Origin: Mobula birostris
Lineage: Eukaryota
NCBI RefSeq assembly: GCF_030028105.1
Contig: NC_092371.1
Location: 14,157,884-14,221,883 of the forward strand
Reading direction: 5' to 3'
Length of the DNA stretch: 64,000 bases
Notes under the pieces: model-generated
What the model was told of the DNA's origin: nothing
What the model saw: the letters and a program-made list of their open reading frames with translations, nothing else
Databases searched by the model: none
Translations under genes and position numbers: made by a program
Shown: in pieces, positions 48,781 to 62,269 of the stretch
Numbering within the stretch: the stretch's first letter is position 1
Layout of the letters: every line of letters starts with the position of its first letter

Positions 48781-49185
48781 CATAAGAAAAGCGGCGACAT
48801 GCTTTCTGCAGGAATGACATATTCTCAGATAGGAACCGATGAGTTGTCCAGGTAGTTTTGGGAATGCATAGAGACCTTGTAGAAATTTGACGTGACCTTG
48901 AAAAATTCTGTTCTCATTAGCCATTCTGAGCAGAGACGAGGGGCCGAGTGCCAACACCACCCACACCCACTATTCTAGAGGGAAGTAGACGAAAAAATGT
49001 CTAAAGTATGTTTAGACTGAGTATTCTCCAAAGTTCTCCACGCCTAGATATGTGATACAACTGAAGACGGAACAATCTTGAAATTCGAAGTTAAGGTTTT
49101 AAACATCAACAAGGTGGCCATTCAAAGTTTCCGAAGGTCAACAAGTTAATCTCCGCCCACATTTTTTCCCTGGCGCCGCCCACTA

Positions 49186-49206
49186 ATTTACATCGCAGTT
49201 AATAAA
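49186..49206 (+). promoter_or_regulatory. V promoter of cluster 2: ATTTACAT + 5 nt + TTAATAAA
   Basis: Conserved with copy 1. Two GC boxes (CCGCCC) lie immediately upstream. Confidence 0.55.
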
Positions 49207-49325
49207 CGGGCACAGAGACCCCAGTTTGTTGGCTCTGAAATTTGAGCAGTCTCCCGAAGTTTGCAGAGCAACGCATGGTTCGGTCGGAATTTTTGGGTGC
49301 TCGCTGTCTGCACCTGTCCGGAGGA

Positions 49326-49374
49326 ATGTCCCCAGCGCTGCATCTCCTGTGGGTTCTGCTGGTTCATTTACCAG
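49326..49374 (+). CDS. Leader exon, cluster 2 (MSPALHLLWVLLVHLP)
   Basis: ATG at 49326 and CCAG|GTGAGA donor. An alternative in-frame ATG lies at 49275. Confidence 0.9.
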
Positions 49375-51635
49375 GTGAGAGTCGGATTGGTTTACGCACG
49401 GATTATCCGTTAATATTGGGATTACTCTTGATTTTTATTTTGCTCCAAGTCACCCAGTGGCTTTATTGTTTTTTTTAATTGCAGATATCCATGCGGCCCC
49501 AGTGCTCAATCAGACCCCAATGTCCGGACCTGTTTCCGCGGGACAAACCGTCCGCTTAGAGTGTCGGATACAGAACGGTAATGTTGGAAGTTACTACATG
49601 AACTGGTACCGACAGCCTCCCGGGGAGAGACCGAAGTGGGTGTTAATACATACCACAGGCAATAGCATATACCGAGGTACAGGAATCACAGACCGTTTTC
49701 AGCCGGCCAGAGACACCTCCAGGAACAGTCACATCCTGACCATCAGCAGTTTGGAGCCCCGGGATTCCGCCGTCTATTACTGTGCAACGTGGGATAATGG
49801 AGTTATCCTCGGTCCAGGCACCATCCTGGATATTAAGAGTAAGTGACTCCCTCATTATGTTGCAAGCAATTCCTATTACAGCCAATCTCATTCCCCACAA
49901 CTGGATAAAACACGCTCATATTTCTGCATTGTGGGAGGTTCCATTTGCCTCAGTCCGGCAGAGAGGCCGTTCAGCTATTCTTGCATACTGTCCATAACGA
50001 TCACGTGATGGCAGTGCATTGAGTTGAACACAGCTTAATGCAGAATAAAATGGACCAGCCACACAGGAAATGTAGTGCAGGTAGATAAATTGCAAGATCA
50101 TAAGGAAGGAGATTGCGAGGTCAATCGTCCATCTTATTGTACGAGAAAACCATTTAATTGTCTCATTACAGCGGCCCCTCTTTGATGTCAAATTAAACCC
50201 ATTCCTGCTGTCTACACATACTCCATATCCCTCCATTCTCAGCACACTCTTGTGTTCGTCCAACAGCTGTTTTAAACATTCGTATCTGACTCCTCCACCT
50301 CATGCACCCATCACTCTCTATTAAAAGTAAACATTCACCGAATTTCTCCTTTAAATTTTCCTCCTCTCGGTTTAGATTTCTACCCTCGGGGAAAAAAATC
50401 TTGACTGTCGATCCTATCGCTATCTCCCGTAGGTCTTAAATAATGTTCACACATATTTGGGGAAATAATCGCTACCACAAGCATGACATATTCCCTTTCC
50501 TCTTCATTCACCACCTCTGAGCGAATATTCCATAATTTTTCTTGGGGTAAATCCTGCACCACAGAGCAAGATGTTCACCACTTCAAGTTAACGCAGTTGA
50601 CAGTGTGTTGTTAAGAACCGTGTCATCGTCTATGTAGAAAACACAGGAGAAGAACATCCTACTTTAAAAATAATACACACTAGGGGAAGGTGCTGGGTGG
50701 AAAACAGGCTGGTCACAGAGTCGAGCGGTAATAAACCGGGTTACTAGGGGTTCGGAATGCAATGTGGGTCTGAATGAGTAGTTTCGCCTCTTCCCGCTTC
50801 TCACCGGTTCACAGACCTGCTCTTTTTTCCGCCATTTCCTCCTCAGTCACTGGGTACTGAGTCTTAGATATCGATTGAGCTTCCCGAACTCGGGACATCC
50901 CAACTGAAGGTGTAATATTTTCAGTTATTGTCCTAAGAGTTGAAGATTTGGGGAGTTATTGGAGAACAACAAGGAACTGATCTCACTAGAAGGACCAATC
51001 ATATGGGCACGGTGTGGGCAGTCAGCAAAGAGATTGAGTAGTGTTGAAGTTATCTTTTAACACAATGCAGTGCCGGGAGCAGAGTGGATTCAAAAACATT
51101 TTTTTAAAGAAAAGATGTCACTTCGTAGCCGCGCAAGGCTACGAATAATCTGGGCAACTCTTCACTCAAAGCTTTATACCCGAGGGGTCAAATGTGCCGT
51201 TTACTGTGTCCCAATGACTGTGTTAATTTCGGCGCTGGTGTTTCTATCTTTGAACATCTATGAAATAATATTGTTTCTACTCCCCTTCGTCTCCTCTCTC
51301 ACACAGGTAGCGATTCCCGGGAGCCCTCAGTTCTTCTGCTCCCTCCCTCCCCGGAGGAGACCGGCACGGGTTCGGCCACTCTCTCCTGTCTGGTGAGTGG
51401 TTTTAAGCCGGGCTTGGTAGCACTGCGCTGGACCGTGGATGGAGTCGAGACGGAGAGCGGGGTGACAACAGGCGCCGTGGCCCTGGACACCGACCAGACC
51501 TACAGGCTGAGCAGTTACCTGCGGGTAACCACCGCTGCCTGGAACAAGGGCTCGAGCTATTCCTGCAGCGTGAGCCACAGCTCACTGAGCTCATCGCTGC
51601 GCAACACCATCTCTTCGTCCGCCTGTGCGCAGTGA
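49326..51635 (+). CDS. Ig light chain cluster 2, sigma-cart (type I/NS5) isotype, germline-joined VJ; join(49326..49374,49485..49838,51307..51635), 243 aa
   Basis: 49+354+329 = 732 nt, open to TGA with canonical GT-AG introns. V begins APVLNQTP and C ends WNKGSSYSCSVSHSSLSSSLRNTISSSACAQ, matching my recollection of shark NS5/type I light chains. Confidence 0.93.
49485..49838 (+). CDS. Fused VJ exon, cluster 2
   Basis: TTGCAG acceptor. Reads DIHAAPVLNQTPMSGPVSAGQTVRLECRIQNGNVGSYYMNWYRQPPG...DSAVYYCATWDNGVILGPGTILDIK, followed by donor A|GTAAGT at 49839. Confidence 0.95.
51307..51635 (+). CDS. C exon (C1-set), cluster 2, intact
   Basis: Polypyrimidine tract and CACAG acceptor. Both domain cysteines, the Trp and the C-terminal interchain Cys (SACAQ*) are present. 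Confidence 0.95.
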
Positions 51636-51922
51636 GAGTGTGCCGGCTGGCAGCACATGTGGATTGTTTGTTTTTGTTTAATGCAGTGAAGCAATCATTG
51701 TGTCTGTGCAGCAGCCCATTGCAATGTACTTGTGTAGTCATGTTCGCTTATGGAAACAATCAGAATGTTTAAAAATTTCAGAACAGTTGGCAATAATAAT
51801 CCATCTTTTGCGACGGATAATTCTGTGTAGAATTGCCCCCACTGTGCTGTGTCTGAACTACCGCTCTGTGTGGTCTCAGGAGCGATCTCCCGTGCTGGTT
51901 TGAACTTGTGTACACAACTCTG

Positions 51923-51928
51923 AATAAA
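51923..51928 (+). terminator. Polyadenylation signal AATAAA, cluster 2
   Basis: About 290 nt after the stop codon, conserved with copy 1. Confidence 0.65.
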
Positions 51929-52226
51929 AGAGGAAACAGCGGTAGATTTATCATGTCTTGTCTTTACTCGGCTGCTGGCAGTACGTTGGGTGGAATGGTC
52001 GCGGATAACGTGCCGTATCGCACCCTCAATCAGAATTGCAGTTAAATCCAGTCACACAACTTATTCCGATTCTCTCCTCTCTGTGTCCTGAGCGTGCTTC
52101 GTCCGTCGGCACTCATCACCGGAGCTTTGTATTCCTCGTCGTCCTGCACTTCTGCTCTTCATTTATAACCATCCCTGTAGGAGGGAGATCAACATTCTCA
52201 CTGTCTTTCGGCCAACGTCTTACCAC

Positions 52227-52305
52227 TGGGAGTGTTACACTGTAGGGATGTTTCCCCGTGACGTGACCATTCTCTCCATCGATTCCATTAGTTCCTGAAT
52301 GAAGG
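52227..52305 (+). promoter_or_regulatory. Conserved non-coding island 3' of C, copy 2
   Basis: GGGATGTTTCCCC at 52245-52257 and GTGACGTGAC at 52258-52267. 77/79 identical to 6942-7020. Confidence 0.4.
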
Positions 52306-53955
52306 CGATCGACCTCCATTCCCGCCCTGACACCACCGTCACCACTTGCCACATCCGCACACTAGCTTCTCTAACTCATAGTTATCTTCAAAGTTTAAGG
52401 TAAATTTGTTATCAAAGGCTGTATACGTCTTCATATGCGACCCTGAGTTTCATGTTCTTACTGACATTCACAGTAGAATAAAGAAGTACAATGGATGCAA
52501 TGAAAAACTACACACAAAGTCTGAGACGCACAAAGACCAATAACAGCTAAGAAATAAATGGATAGATAGAAAAATAGACCAATAATTAAACAAAGCACCC
52601 ATAAATACATAAATCAATTATATTCAATCATAAATAATTAAACAAACGAACGGATAAAAGGATAATGGATAAATACATAAACAATACTGAGGACATGAGT
52701 TTGAAAGTGAGTCCATGATAGTTGAACTCTTCCTGAAACTTGTAATGAGGGATCTAAGACTGTAATTGTCAGATGGGAGAGAGTTGCTGAAGAGCGAAAC
52801 AAGTGTGAGATGACTACAGAGACCCGATTAATTATGTTAAACTTATATCTTGTCTGACCAATAACGTGGTATTTATAGAGGGTGTGACTGATAAGACGAC
52901 TGCGAGTGTTAGCTCCACGCACACACAAGAAATTCACTACATTTCACACAAGTTACTTACGGTTGCCTGACCTGCTGCTTTTTGTTTCAAGAATTTGGTG
53001 TAGAAATCTCACTTCGCATTAATGGGGTTTTTATGTTGGTTGGGTGGTGTCAACCTGTCCCTGGACCGTGATAATCACTCTATTTGTGGACTATATAGAG
53101 CAACGTGCGCGACATCAGAGAAAATAAATCCTGTCCATAAGATGGATATCCGTTGAACAATCAGGCAAATGACGCCCACACTTGGTTTACTGGAATAATT
53201 AACATTTTTAACGTTTTAAAACTGCGTTGAAAATACTGGGACAGTCAAGCACATTATAAAACACTGAAAGCAGAAAAATCAATGTACATAAATAGAATAC
53301 ATTAAATATTATAAAACATTAGCTTTATTTGGCATACGTTGAAACAAACATACAGCGCAGTTTGCGTCAAATCAAATCAATAAGGATTGTGCTGGGGACA
53401 GACCGTAAATGTCGCCACGATTTCGGCGACAACATGTATTTATTTGATATTTATGCATTTACTTATCTATCTCTCTTTATATCTTTTTATCTGACTTTCT
53501 GTCTATCTGTGTATCTATCTATCTATTTATTTATTTATTCCTTCATTCATTCATAGATACAGTGCGTAACAGGCCCTTTATGCCATCCAACAACCCACTG
53601 TTTTGACCCACAGCGTCTCTCTCTCTCTCTCTCTCTCTCTGTCTGTGTGCGTGTGCGATGTTGGCGGGACGATGTCTTTTTCATGCCTTTACAAGGCGCG
53701 AACGGAGAGAGAGAGACTGTGTGGCGCGCCACTCCGCACGCCTGCACACGGACATTTCGCACTATTTTTTCCTTTATTACGATCTTGACACTCAACTCGG
53801 CACGGATGGAAAGCTCACTCGGGATGCGACCCGGCGCTGATGTCATTGCGCCACCAGCCGGCCCCAAAGGACAATTTACAATAACCAGCTAACCTACTAA
53901 CCGGTACTTCTTTTGACTGTGGAACAAAACCAGAGAACCTGGAAGATGATGCGCT

Positions 53956-54476
53956 TGTCAGTACCTCCAGCAGAACTTTGTCTTTTTGTGTATTTTCCCC
54001 CTTTCCCTCAGTCTGTAGTTTGGTATTACCAAGTGCTCTTGTTTGTTTTCATTCCCCACGTGCCGCTGTCCCCGCTCCTGCTCTACTTTGGCCCTTGTAT
54101 TGCTGAAGTCTCCGCCTCTCACCTGTTTCTGATTATTACCTGTTTTGCTGCCACCTGCGTCTCATTGTGCTCCACCTCTCATCTGCCTCTCTGTTTATTG
54201 CTGAGTGCATTTTAGTACTGTGTTTTCACCTGTTTGTTGTGAGATTGCCCCTGTGAATTTTCCTGAGCCTTTCCAGCATTCGTAATGTATTCTGTACGTC
54301 TGAAAATCGACTCTGTCTGTTTTCCGATTCTGGTTTTTGGATTTCTCTGGATTATTTGATCTCTGCCTGAACTTTGACGCCGACTTTGTTTGCACCTTGG
54401 GATTTGTTACTCAATTAATATCACTGTGTGCACAGTACTGGGTCTGCGATTGAATCCCTGCGCCAGCGTCCTGACA
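53956..54476. mobile_element. Probable solo LTR (521 bp), second family
   Basis: TGTCAG...CTGACA termini. The TSD is imperfect (GCGCT / GCCCC). Confidence 0.5.
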
Positions 54477-55349
54477 GCCCCTTAAACTCTATAACTGGCA
54501 TGTGGGTATTGTAGATAACTGGAAAATTTCATGAAAATTTTCATAGCCTTTATTGAAAAGCACCTGAAATAGTCACGCACATTTGCAATAAACATTTAAA
54601 CATTGTGGTTTACTGAATTATAAATACTACTTGGTATAAAACCTTAAGAGTGCCCACTGGAATGGTGAGCACTAATAATATGGTGGGGATCGGAGCCAGC
54701 CATACACCGGCATGCAGTCTGTAACCAGGTTCAACAACGAAAAAAATGGTGAGATGCGCTTTCCGACAACGCCCCTTTGACCACCCTCCTCCCCTATAAG
54801 ACAGGAAGTACCAGAGCATTAGGACAAGGTCTATTTGGATGGGGAATAACTTCTTCCTTCAGGACATAAGACTGCTGAACTCCCTGCGACCACACAGGTC
54901 TCATCACCTCTGGAGGATCAATAGTGTTACGCAGCTCACTTTCCGACTTGTGTCGTAAATGCACCTTATGATGAATATTAATCTTCTGGAATGTATGTCA
55001 TTATGTGTTAAGTTAATGGTGGTATTACTTTCTGTGTTGTTTATGAATTCTGCGCACCTATTGTGTACTTTGGCTAGGTGGAACTATAGTTCGTTTGATT
55101 GAATGACTATGAACCTGAACTTGAACTTCAAGGCGTAAGTGAAGGTAAATATATTTAAGCCAATAAGGGTTATAAAGTGCTGTAATCAGTCTTCTAGATG
55201 GCCTCAGAGGCCGAACTTGTAGTCATTTTAGAAATTACCTAGGGTTACCCGGAACCTTCTATTTTTCTAAGCTCCATGTACCTTTCCAGGAGTCTCTTAA
55301 AAGACCCTATCATATCCGCCTCCACCACAGTCGCCGGCAGTTCATTCCA

Positions 55350-56600
55350 TAAGACCATAAGACCATAAGACAAAGGAGCAGAAGTAGGTCATTCGGCCCA
55401 TCGAGTCTGCTCCGCCATTTTATCATGAGCTGATCCATTTTATCCTATTTAGTCCCACTTCCCCTGCCTTCTCACCATAAACTTTGATGCCCTGGCTACT
55501 CAGATATCTATCAATCTCTGCCTTAAATACACCCAATGACTTGGCCTCCACTGCTGCCCGTGGCAACAAATTCCATAGATTCACCACCCTCTGATTAAAA
55601 AAAATTTTTTCGCATTTCTTTTCTGAAAAGGCGCCCTTCAATCCTGAAGTCATGCCCTCTCGTACTAGAATCCCCCATCCTGGGAAGCAACTTTGCACAC
55701 ATCCACTCTGTCCATGCCTTTTAACATTCGAAATGTTTCTATGAGGTCTCCCCTCATTCTTCTAAACTCCAAGGAATACAGTCCAAGAGCGGACAAACGT
55801 TCCTCATATGTTAACCCTCTCATTCCCGGAATCATTCTAGTGAATCTTCTCTGTACCCTCTCCAACGTTAGCACATCCTTTCTTAAATAAGGAGACCAAA
55901 ACTGCCCACAGTACTCCAAGTGAGGTCTCACCAGCGCCTTATAGAGCCTCAGCATCACATCCCTGCTCCTATACTCTATTCCTCTAGAAATGAATGCCAA
56001 CATTGCATTCGCCTTCTTCACTACCGACTCAACCTGGAGGTTAACTTTAAGGGAATCCTGTACGAGGACTCCCAAGTCCCGTTGCATATCAGAACTTTGG
56101 ATTCTTTCCCCATTTAAATAATAGTCTGCCCGTTTATTTTTTCTGCCAAAGTGCATAACCATACACTTTCCAACATTGTACTTCATTTGCCACTTCTCTG
56201 CCCATTCTTCCAAACTGTCCAAGTCTCTCTGCAGACTCTCCGTTTCCTCAGCACTACCGGCCCCTCCACCTATCTTCGTATCGTCAGCAAATTTAGCCAC
56301 AAAGCCATCTATTCCATAATCCAAATCGTTGATGTACAATGTAAAAAGAAGCGGCCCCAACACTGATCCCTGTGGAACACCACTGGTAACCGGCAGCCAA
56401 CCAGAATAGGATCCCTTTATTCCCACTCTCTGTTTCCTGCCAATCAGCCAACGCTCTATCCACGTATGTAACTTTCCTGTAATTCCATGGGATTTATCTT
56501 GTTAAGCAGCCTCATGTGTGGCACCTTGTCAAAGGTCTTCTGAAAGTCCAAATATACAACGTCCACTGCATCTCCCTTGTCTAGCCTACTGGTAATTTCC
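55350..56600 (-). mobile_element. CR1 RT/3' fragment
   Basis: ORF 55665-56426 contains [17 protein letters not shown] and LEYCGQFWSP. Confidence 0.88.
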
Positions 56601-56619
56601 TCAAAAATTGTAATTCCAT

Positions 56620-58345
56620 GACCTCACCACCCTATAAGTAGAAAAAAAATGCCCTGACATCTCTTTTGTACCAACTTCCAAACACTTTAAGGCTGTGTCC
56701 TCTCGTGTTAGCCATCTCAGCCCTGGGAAAAAGCCTTAGGCTCTCCAAACGATCAATGCCTCTCATTATCTTATACAACTCCATAAGGCACCTCTCATCC
56801 TCCGTCGGTCCAAGGAGAAAAGGGCTAGTTCGCTCAAGCAATTCTCATAGGCCATGCTCCCCAATCAAGACAACATCCTTGTAAATCTCCTCTGCACACA
56901 TTCAATAGTTTCCACATACTTCCTGTAGTGACGTGACCAGAACTGAGCACAGTACTCCAAGTAGGGTCTGATCAGGGTCCTACAATGCTGTAACATGACC
57001 TCACGACTCTTAAACTTAATCCCATGGTTGATGAAGTCCAATGCACCGTATGCCTTCTGGACCACACAGTCAACCTGCGCAGCACCCTTGAGTGTCCTAT
57101 GGACTCGGACCCCAAGATCCCTCTGATCCTCCACACAGCCAAGAGTCTTACCATTAATACTCTATTCTGCCATCATATTTGACATACCAAAATGAACCAC
57201 ATCACACAATCTGGGTTGAACTCCATCTGCCACTTCCCAGCCCAGTTTTGCATCCTATCGATGTCCCGCTGTCACCTCTGACAGACCCCCACACTATCCA
57301 CTACACCCTCAACCTTTGTATCATCACCACATTGACTGACCCATCCCTCCCCTTCCTTATCCAGCTCATTTATAAAATCACAAAGAGGAGGGGTCCCAGG
57401 ACAGATCCTTGAGGCACACCACTGGTCACCGACCTCCATGCAGAATGTGAACAATCTACAACTACTCTTTGCCTTCTGTGAACAAGCCGATTCTGGATCC
57501 ACAAAGCAACGTTCGTTTAGATCCCATGCCTCCTTACTTTTTTAATAAGCCCTGCATGTCTTATCAAATGTCTTGCTGAAATCCGTATGCACTACGTCTA
57601 CTGCTCTACGTTCATCAATGAGTTTAATCAGATCCTCAAAATATTCAATTAGACTCGCAAGGCACGACCTGCCTTTGACAAAGCAATGCTGACTATTCCC
57701 GATCACATTATGCCTCTCCAAATGTTCGTAAATCCTGCCTCTCACGATCTTCTCCACCAATTTACCAACCGCTGAAGTAAGGGTCACCAGTCTATGATTT
57801 CCTGGGCTTTCTCTACTCATTTTCCTGAATAAGGTGAAAAACATCTGCAATCATCGAATCCTGCGGATCCTCTCCCGCACCTACTCATGATGTAAAGATC
57901 ATTGCCAGAGGATTAGCAATCTCTTCCCTTGTCTCCCAGATTAGCCTGGGGTAAACCTCGTCTGGTCCCGGTGACTTATCCAACTTGATGCTCTCCAAAA
58001 GGTCCGACACATCCTCTTTCTTAATGTCCATATGCTCAGGCTTTTCATTCCGTTGTAAGTCATCCCTGCAATCTCCAAGAACCTTTTCTGTAGTGAGTAC
58101 TGGGGCCAAGTATTAATTAAGCACCTCCGCTATCTCCTCCGGTTCCATAAACACTTTTCCATTATCACACTTGATTGGTCGTATTCTCTCACAGCTTATC
58201 CTCTTGCGCTTAACATAGTTGTAGAATGCCTTGGGGTTTCCTTAATCCTGCTCGCCAAAACCGTCCTAATTTCATTCTTCAACTCCTTCCTGCTGGCCTT
58301 ATAATCTAGATCTCTATCATTACCTGGTTTTTTAACCTTTAATAA
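56620..58345 (-). mobile_element. CR1 fragment, host of the L1 insertion; continues as ORF1 at ~60215-60860
   Basis: KSPGPDEVYPR, SQHCFVKG and LEYCAQFWS motifs. The host ORF1 reading EQPE..VHI is split at the ATGTAC TSD. Confidence 0.8.
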
Positions 58346-58352
58346 TATGTAC

Positions 58353-60208
58353 CAGTCCCTTGGCATCTATCACACATTGGCGAGACAGAAGGGTAAGTCC
58401 CGTCCAATCTAAATTTAGGGTAATGGAGACGATGGACAACTTTAAACTGGATCAGTTGATGCCTGCTTTTAACAGAGCAAGCCTGTATAATTGACAAACA
58501 CTTATCCCAGGCAGTTTCAGATAATTCAATGCCCAACTCCTCTCTCCAGGCGTCTCTAATCTTCACAGTAGATGCAACAGTGCAATTAGCAAACAAACGT
58601 ACAGAGTTAGAAACGAGGCGCCTGGAGTCAGGAGGGTTCTTTAAAATATCAAAAAGCATACGTTTCCCTGGAAAGATTTCAAAATTACAAATCTTAGATG
58701 GAATGTACAGTCTAATTTGTAAGTAACGAAAGAAGTGCGAATGAGGCAGCTCAAATTTCTCTTTCAGCAGACTAGATGTTGCAATCCGTCCCTCTATGTA
58801 CAGGTCTTCAACAGAAACTAGACCCTTCTCCCTCCAAGCATGGTAGGCTTTATCTGACCAAGAGGGTAGAAAGAAGTGATTGAAACAGATTGTTGTTTGC
58901 ACAGAGGTCTCTGGTAAATTCAGAACGCTCCTAATCTGATTTAGAATTCTGATGGAATTTTTTAAAACAGAACTCAAACTTTTTGAAGTCCCAGGCTTCT
59001 CTAACTTAGAGAACAGCATGGCTGGTAAGGAGGAATTGACAACAAAGTTAACTCCATACATAGCCACAAGGGAGCCCCAGGGGCAAGGTTACCCTGAGTC
59101 CCCTGTTGCTAAAACATTAAAGCCCTAGCATTGACATGCCAATAATAGTGTCTAAATACAGGTACTCCCAGTCCTCCTTCAGACTTAGGGTTTTGTAAAT
59201 GAATTTTCGAAATCTTGTGATAATTATAATTCCAAATATAAGACAATATTATGGAGTCCAATTTATTAACGAAAGCTGGTGTAGGAAGAACGGGGAGATT
59301 TTGACAAAGATAAAGAAACCTTGGAATGGAAACCATTTGAATTGAATTTATACGACCAATCATGGACAGAGGTAGGGTTTTCCAACTTTCAATATTCTGT
59401 TTAAGTTTTGAAATAATCTTCGCGAAGTTTAATTTGAATATTAATTTAGGATCTTTGGGGATTGTCAAGCCAAGATAAGCAAAGTGATCTTTAACTACTT
59501 TGAACAAAAAAACCCCGCGTGTAGTCGTTGTAGAGGGGCACAAATATTTACGCTTCTGTGTCGCCTATGTGTGACAGATGCCAAGGAACGGAAGCCACGT
59601 TGTCAGACACCTTTTGTTTTTGCCCATTACTGACTGGATTTTGGTCCAAAATATTCCACTTGTACTCAAAGGCCTATATAAGATCCTTTCCCTGGAAGCT
59701 GGTCTCGCTATATTTGGCTGCTCGCAATCTACCATTTGTTTCCCTGCAGCCATACAACAGTCTCTGATGCTGGGGATGATTGTTGCCAAAAGATTATCTT
59801 GAGGGAATTGAAATCACCTTCTCCCGCTTCCTTTCGGAGATGGATGGCTGATATGATCTCAGTCATACAGATGGAGAAACTTAGGTTCTTGAGAACAAAT
59901 TGAAATAAAAAAAATCGACAACAGGGATCCGTTTCTTGCCTACCTGGACGAGTCCGGTGGCGGATGAGCAATTTCCCTCCAGCTGATTTCTCACGGACCT
60001 CATTTGAGATTTAATCTTTAGTATTTTTGAGCACTTTATATAATAGGCATCCCTCTAATGTTATGTCTCTTTCTTTCTTTTTTTTTACTTATTTCATTTT
60101 TATACATGTCTGAGTTGGTATGTTCTTGTTGATTGCATTGTTTTTTTTTGAAACTTTTGAAAATGAAGTATAAAAAAGTAAATAAATACCTTAATGCAGA
60201 GAAAAAAA
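58353..60208. mobile_element. L1 insertion with 5' inversion (inverted part 58353-~59545 minus; sense part ~59550-60208 plus)
   Basis: Minus frames encode L1 ORF2 from YLG...LPLSMIGRIN to SVSPMCDRCQG, and the plus frame restarts at SVSPMCDRCQG. A-rich tail and TSD core ATGTAC at 58347-58352 and 60209-60214. Confidence 0.8.
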
Positions 60209-62269
60209 ATGTACACGTAATTCTGGTTGCTCGCACTCGCTTTTCAGGATATTACAGATACGTCCAGAATCACCTTCGACCCTCGCACCAGCGAGGCAAG
60301 CCACCATCCATGTTTCATTTTTGCGTCTCAGTATTGCCTATCTGTCCTCCTGACCATGGAGTCCCGTATTACTGTTGCCATCCTCTTCGGTTACCTACCC
60401 TTCTGAGCCACGGGTCCACACACGGTGCCAGAGGCATGACCACTGTTGTTTCTCCCAGGTAGGCCGTCCCCCCGTCAACAGTGTTCAAAATGGAGTACGT
60501 ATTATATATTGGGACTGCCACAGGGGTGCTGTCCTCTATCTGACATTCTTCCTTCCCCCTTGTGACAATCACTCATTTATCTTTCTCCTGAAGCCTTGGG
60601 GTAACTACCTCCCCGTAGCTTCAGTCGACCACTGCTTCAATTTTACTAGCAAGCAAAAGGTGCAGCTCCAGTTCCATAACACCGTCTCTAAGGAGCTACA
60701 TCTCGATGAACCTGGGACAGATGGGGCCATCGGGGAGACTGGAAGTTTCGTGAAAATTTCGAACATATTCCAGTTGAATAACAAATCACTTTTCATCCTA
60801 AACACCATGCTATGTTGTACTGAACCATCAAGCATTCACCATTTCCACCGCCTATTTGCACGCAGGTTGCGTTTTCTTCAAAACTTGCTAACCTACTTAT
60901 TTCAGGTTGGATCAGCCGTGAGTGGAGCAGTGAACACAAGCACGGAGCCGAGGGGCCGAAGAGTGTCTGAACTTTTGCTGCCAGCAACATCTTTCCCTGT
61001 TGCCATGTTTGGCTCCAACGCGTAACAAATTGGGGAGGAAATAGATCTTGTTAGTCATATGGAACGTGCTAGGAGACAGTCCGTGGTTCAGCTCTGTGGG
61101 TTACGGAAGCCGCTCACCATGCAATCCTCTCGGAAAATCTGCAGACGTGGATGGGGTGGCAGCGCAGAGAACAAACGGTTAAAGCGGCTCAAAAATTCCC
61201 CAGCTCCTCGCACCGGGAATCTTTAAAGCCCCACTCCCTACAGATCAGGAAACGCTACGATATGAGATCGGCTAATTTATGCACAGGATGCCACAGATAG
61301 AAAAGTGCCTGCTTAGTGTTGTCGTGGTGACTGAAGGATAAATATTGTGCTCAATCATATCCCTAGAACAGGTCGATGGGAGGTTGATTAGAAAATTATT
61401 CAAAACATCACAAGTTCCATAGCGCAGCATTCTTTACTCTCTGCAACCATATTGTGCCCTTCCCTCAGCACCTCCCCTCCCACGGCGTGGCCTTCCCCCA
61501 ATACAACTTAAACCCAATAGTTCAAGGCTGAGACTTAAACTCCCAGAATTGAACGAACTAACGCCCGTCAGAATGAAGGCTGGTCAGTGGGGCGTGGCAG
61601 ACACAGAACAATGGAATATGCCCAGGATTAATAATTATTTGTGGTGATCGATTTCTCTCTTTTGTTTTTTTTTGTTATTCACAACTAAAGTGAATCCCAG
61701 AAATGTCTGTTGCATGTATGTGATTGTATGCAAACATGCTTTGAAGTCAAAGAGCACATAACAGGCCCTGCAGCCCACAACGTATATGCTGATCATACAG
61801 AACCCATCTACTGTCGTCCTATTTGTTAGTACTTGACCTTTCGCCTTCCCTCCTTTACAGATTGTAGTCCTTAGCTTGATCTACTTGATTTCACGTATTG
61901 ATATCAGTGTGTGAGGTAACTCCCTGTGTACAGGATACTTAGAGAAGATACCAGTTTCCTTGCACTTACACTGGGAACTTGGTGATTGGTTAATAGGTGG
62001 GGCAACTTGACAGTTAACAGCTTGGAGAATCTGTGTTCATACACGGAGCCTGTGCAAGATGATCACCGTGGTTGTCGGATGTCTCATCTCATCTCATCTT
62101 GCTCGGGTCCAGAAGTTACCTGCGGGATTCACAACAGAGATGGGTTAGCACAAAGAACCAGACCGTGAAGTGCCAAACGGTAAAACAGGTGTAACCACAC
62201 ACATAACAGTATATCCAACAACGGTCATGGAGCAGGATCAGGAGATGGCATTAATCAGCATAGGATCTC

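Larger units (their letters stand above)
43861..53358 (+). repeat. Segmental duplication unit B
   Basis: Counterpart of 1-8163. Longer because of an L1 insertion (48041-48780) and a differently deleted CR1. Confidence 0.9.
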
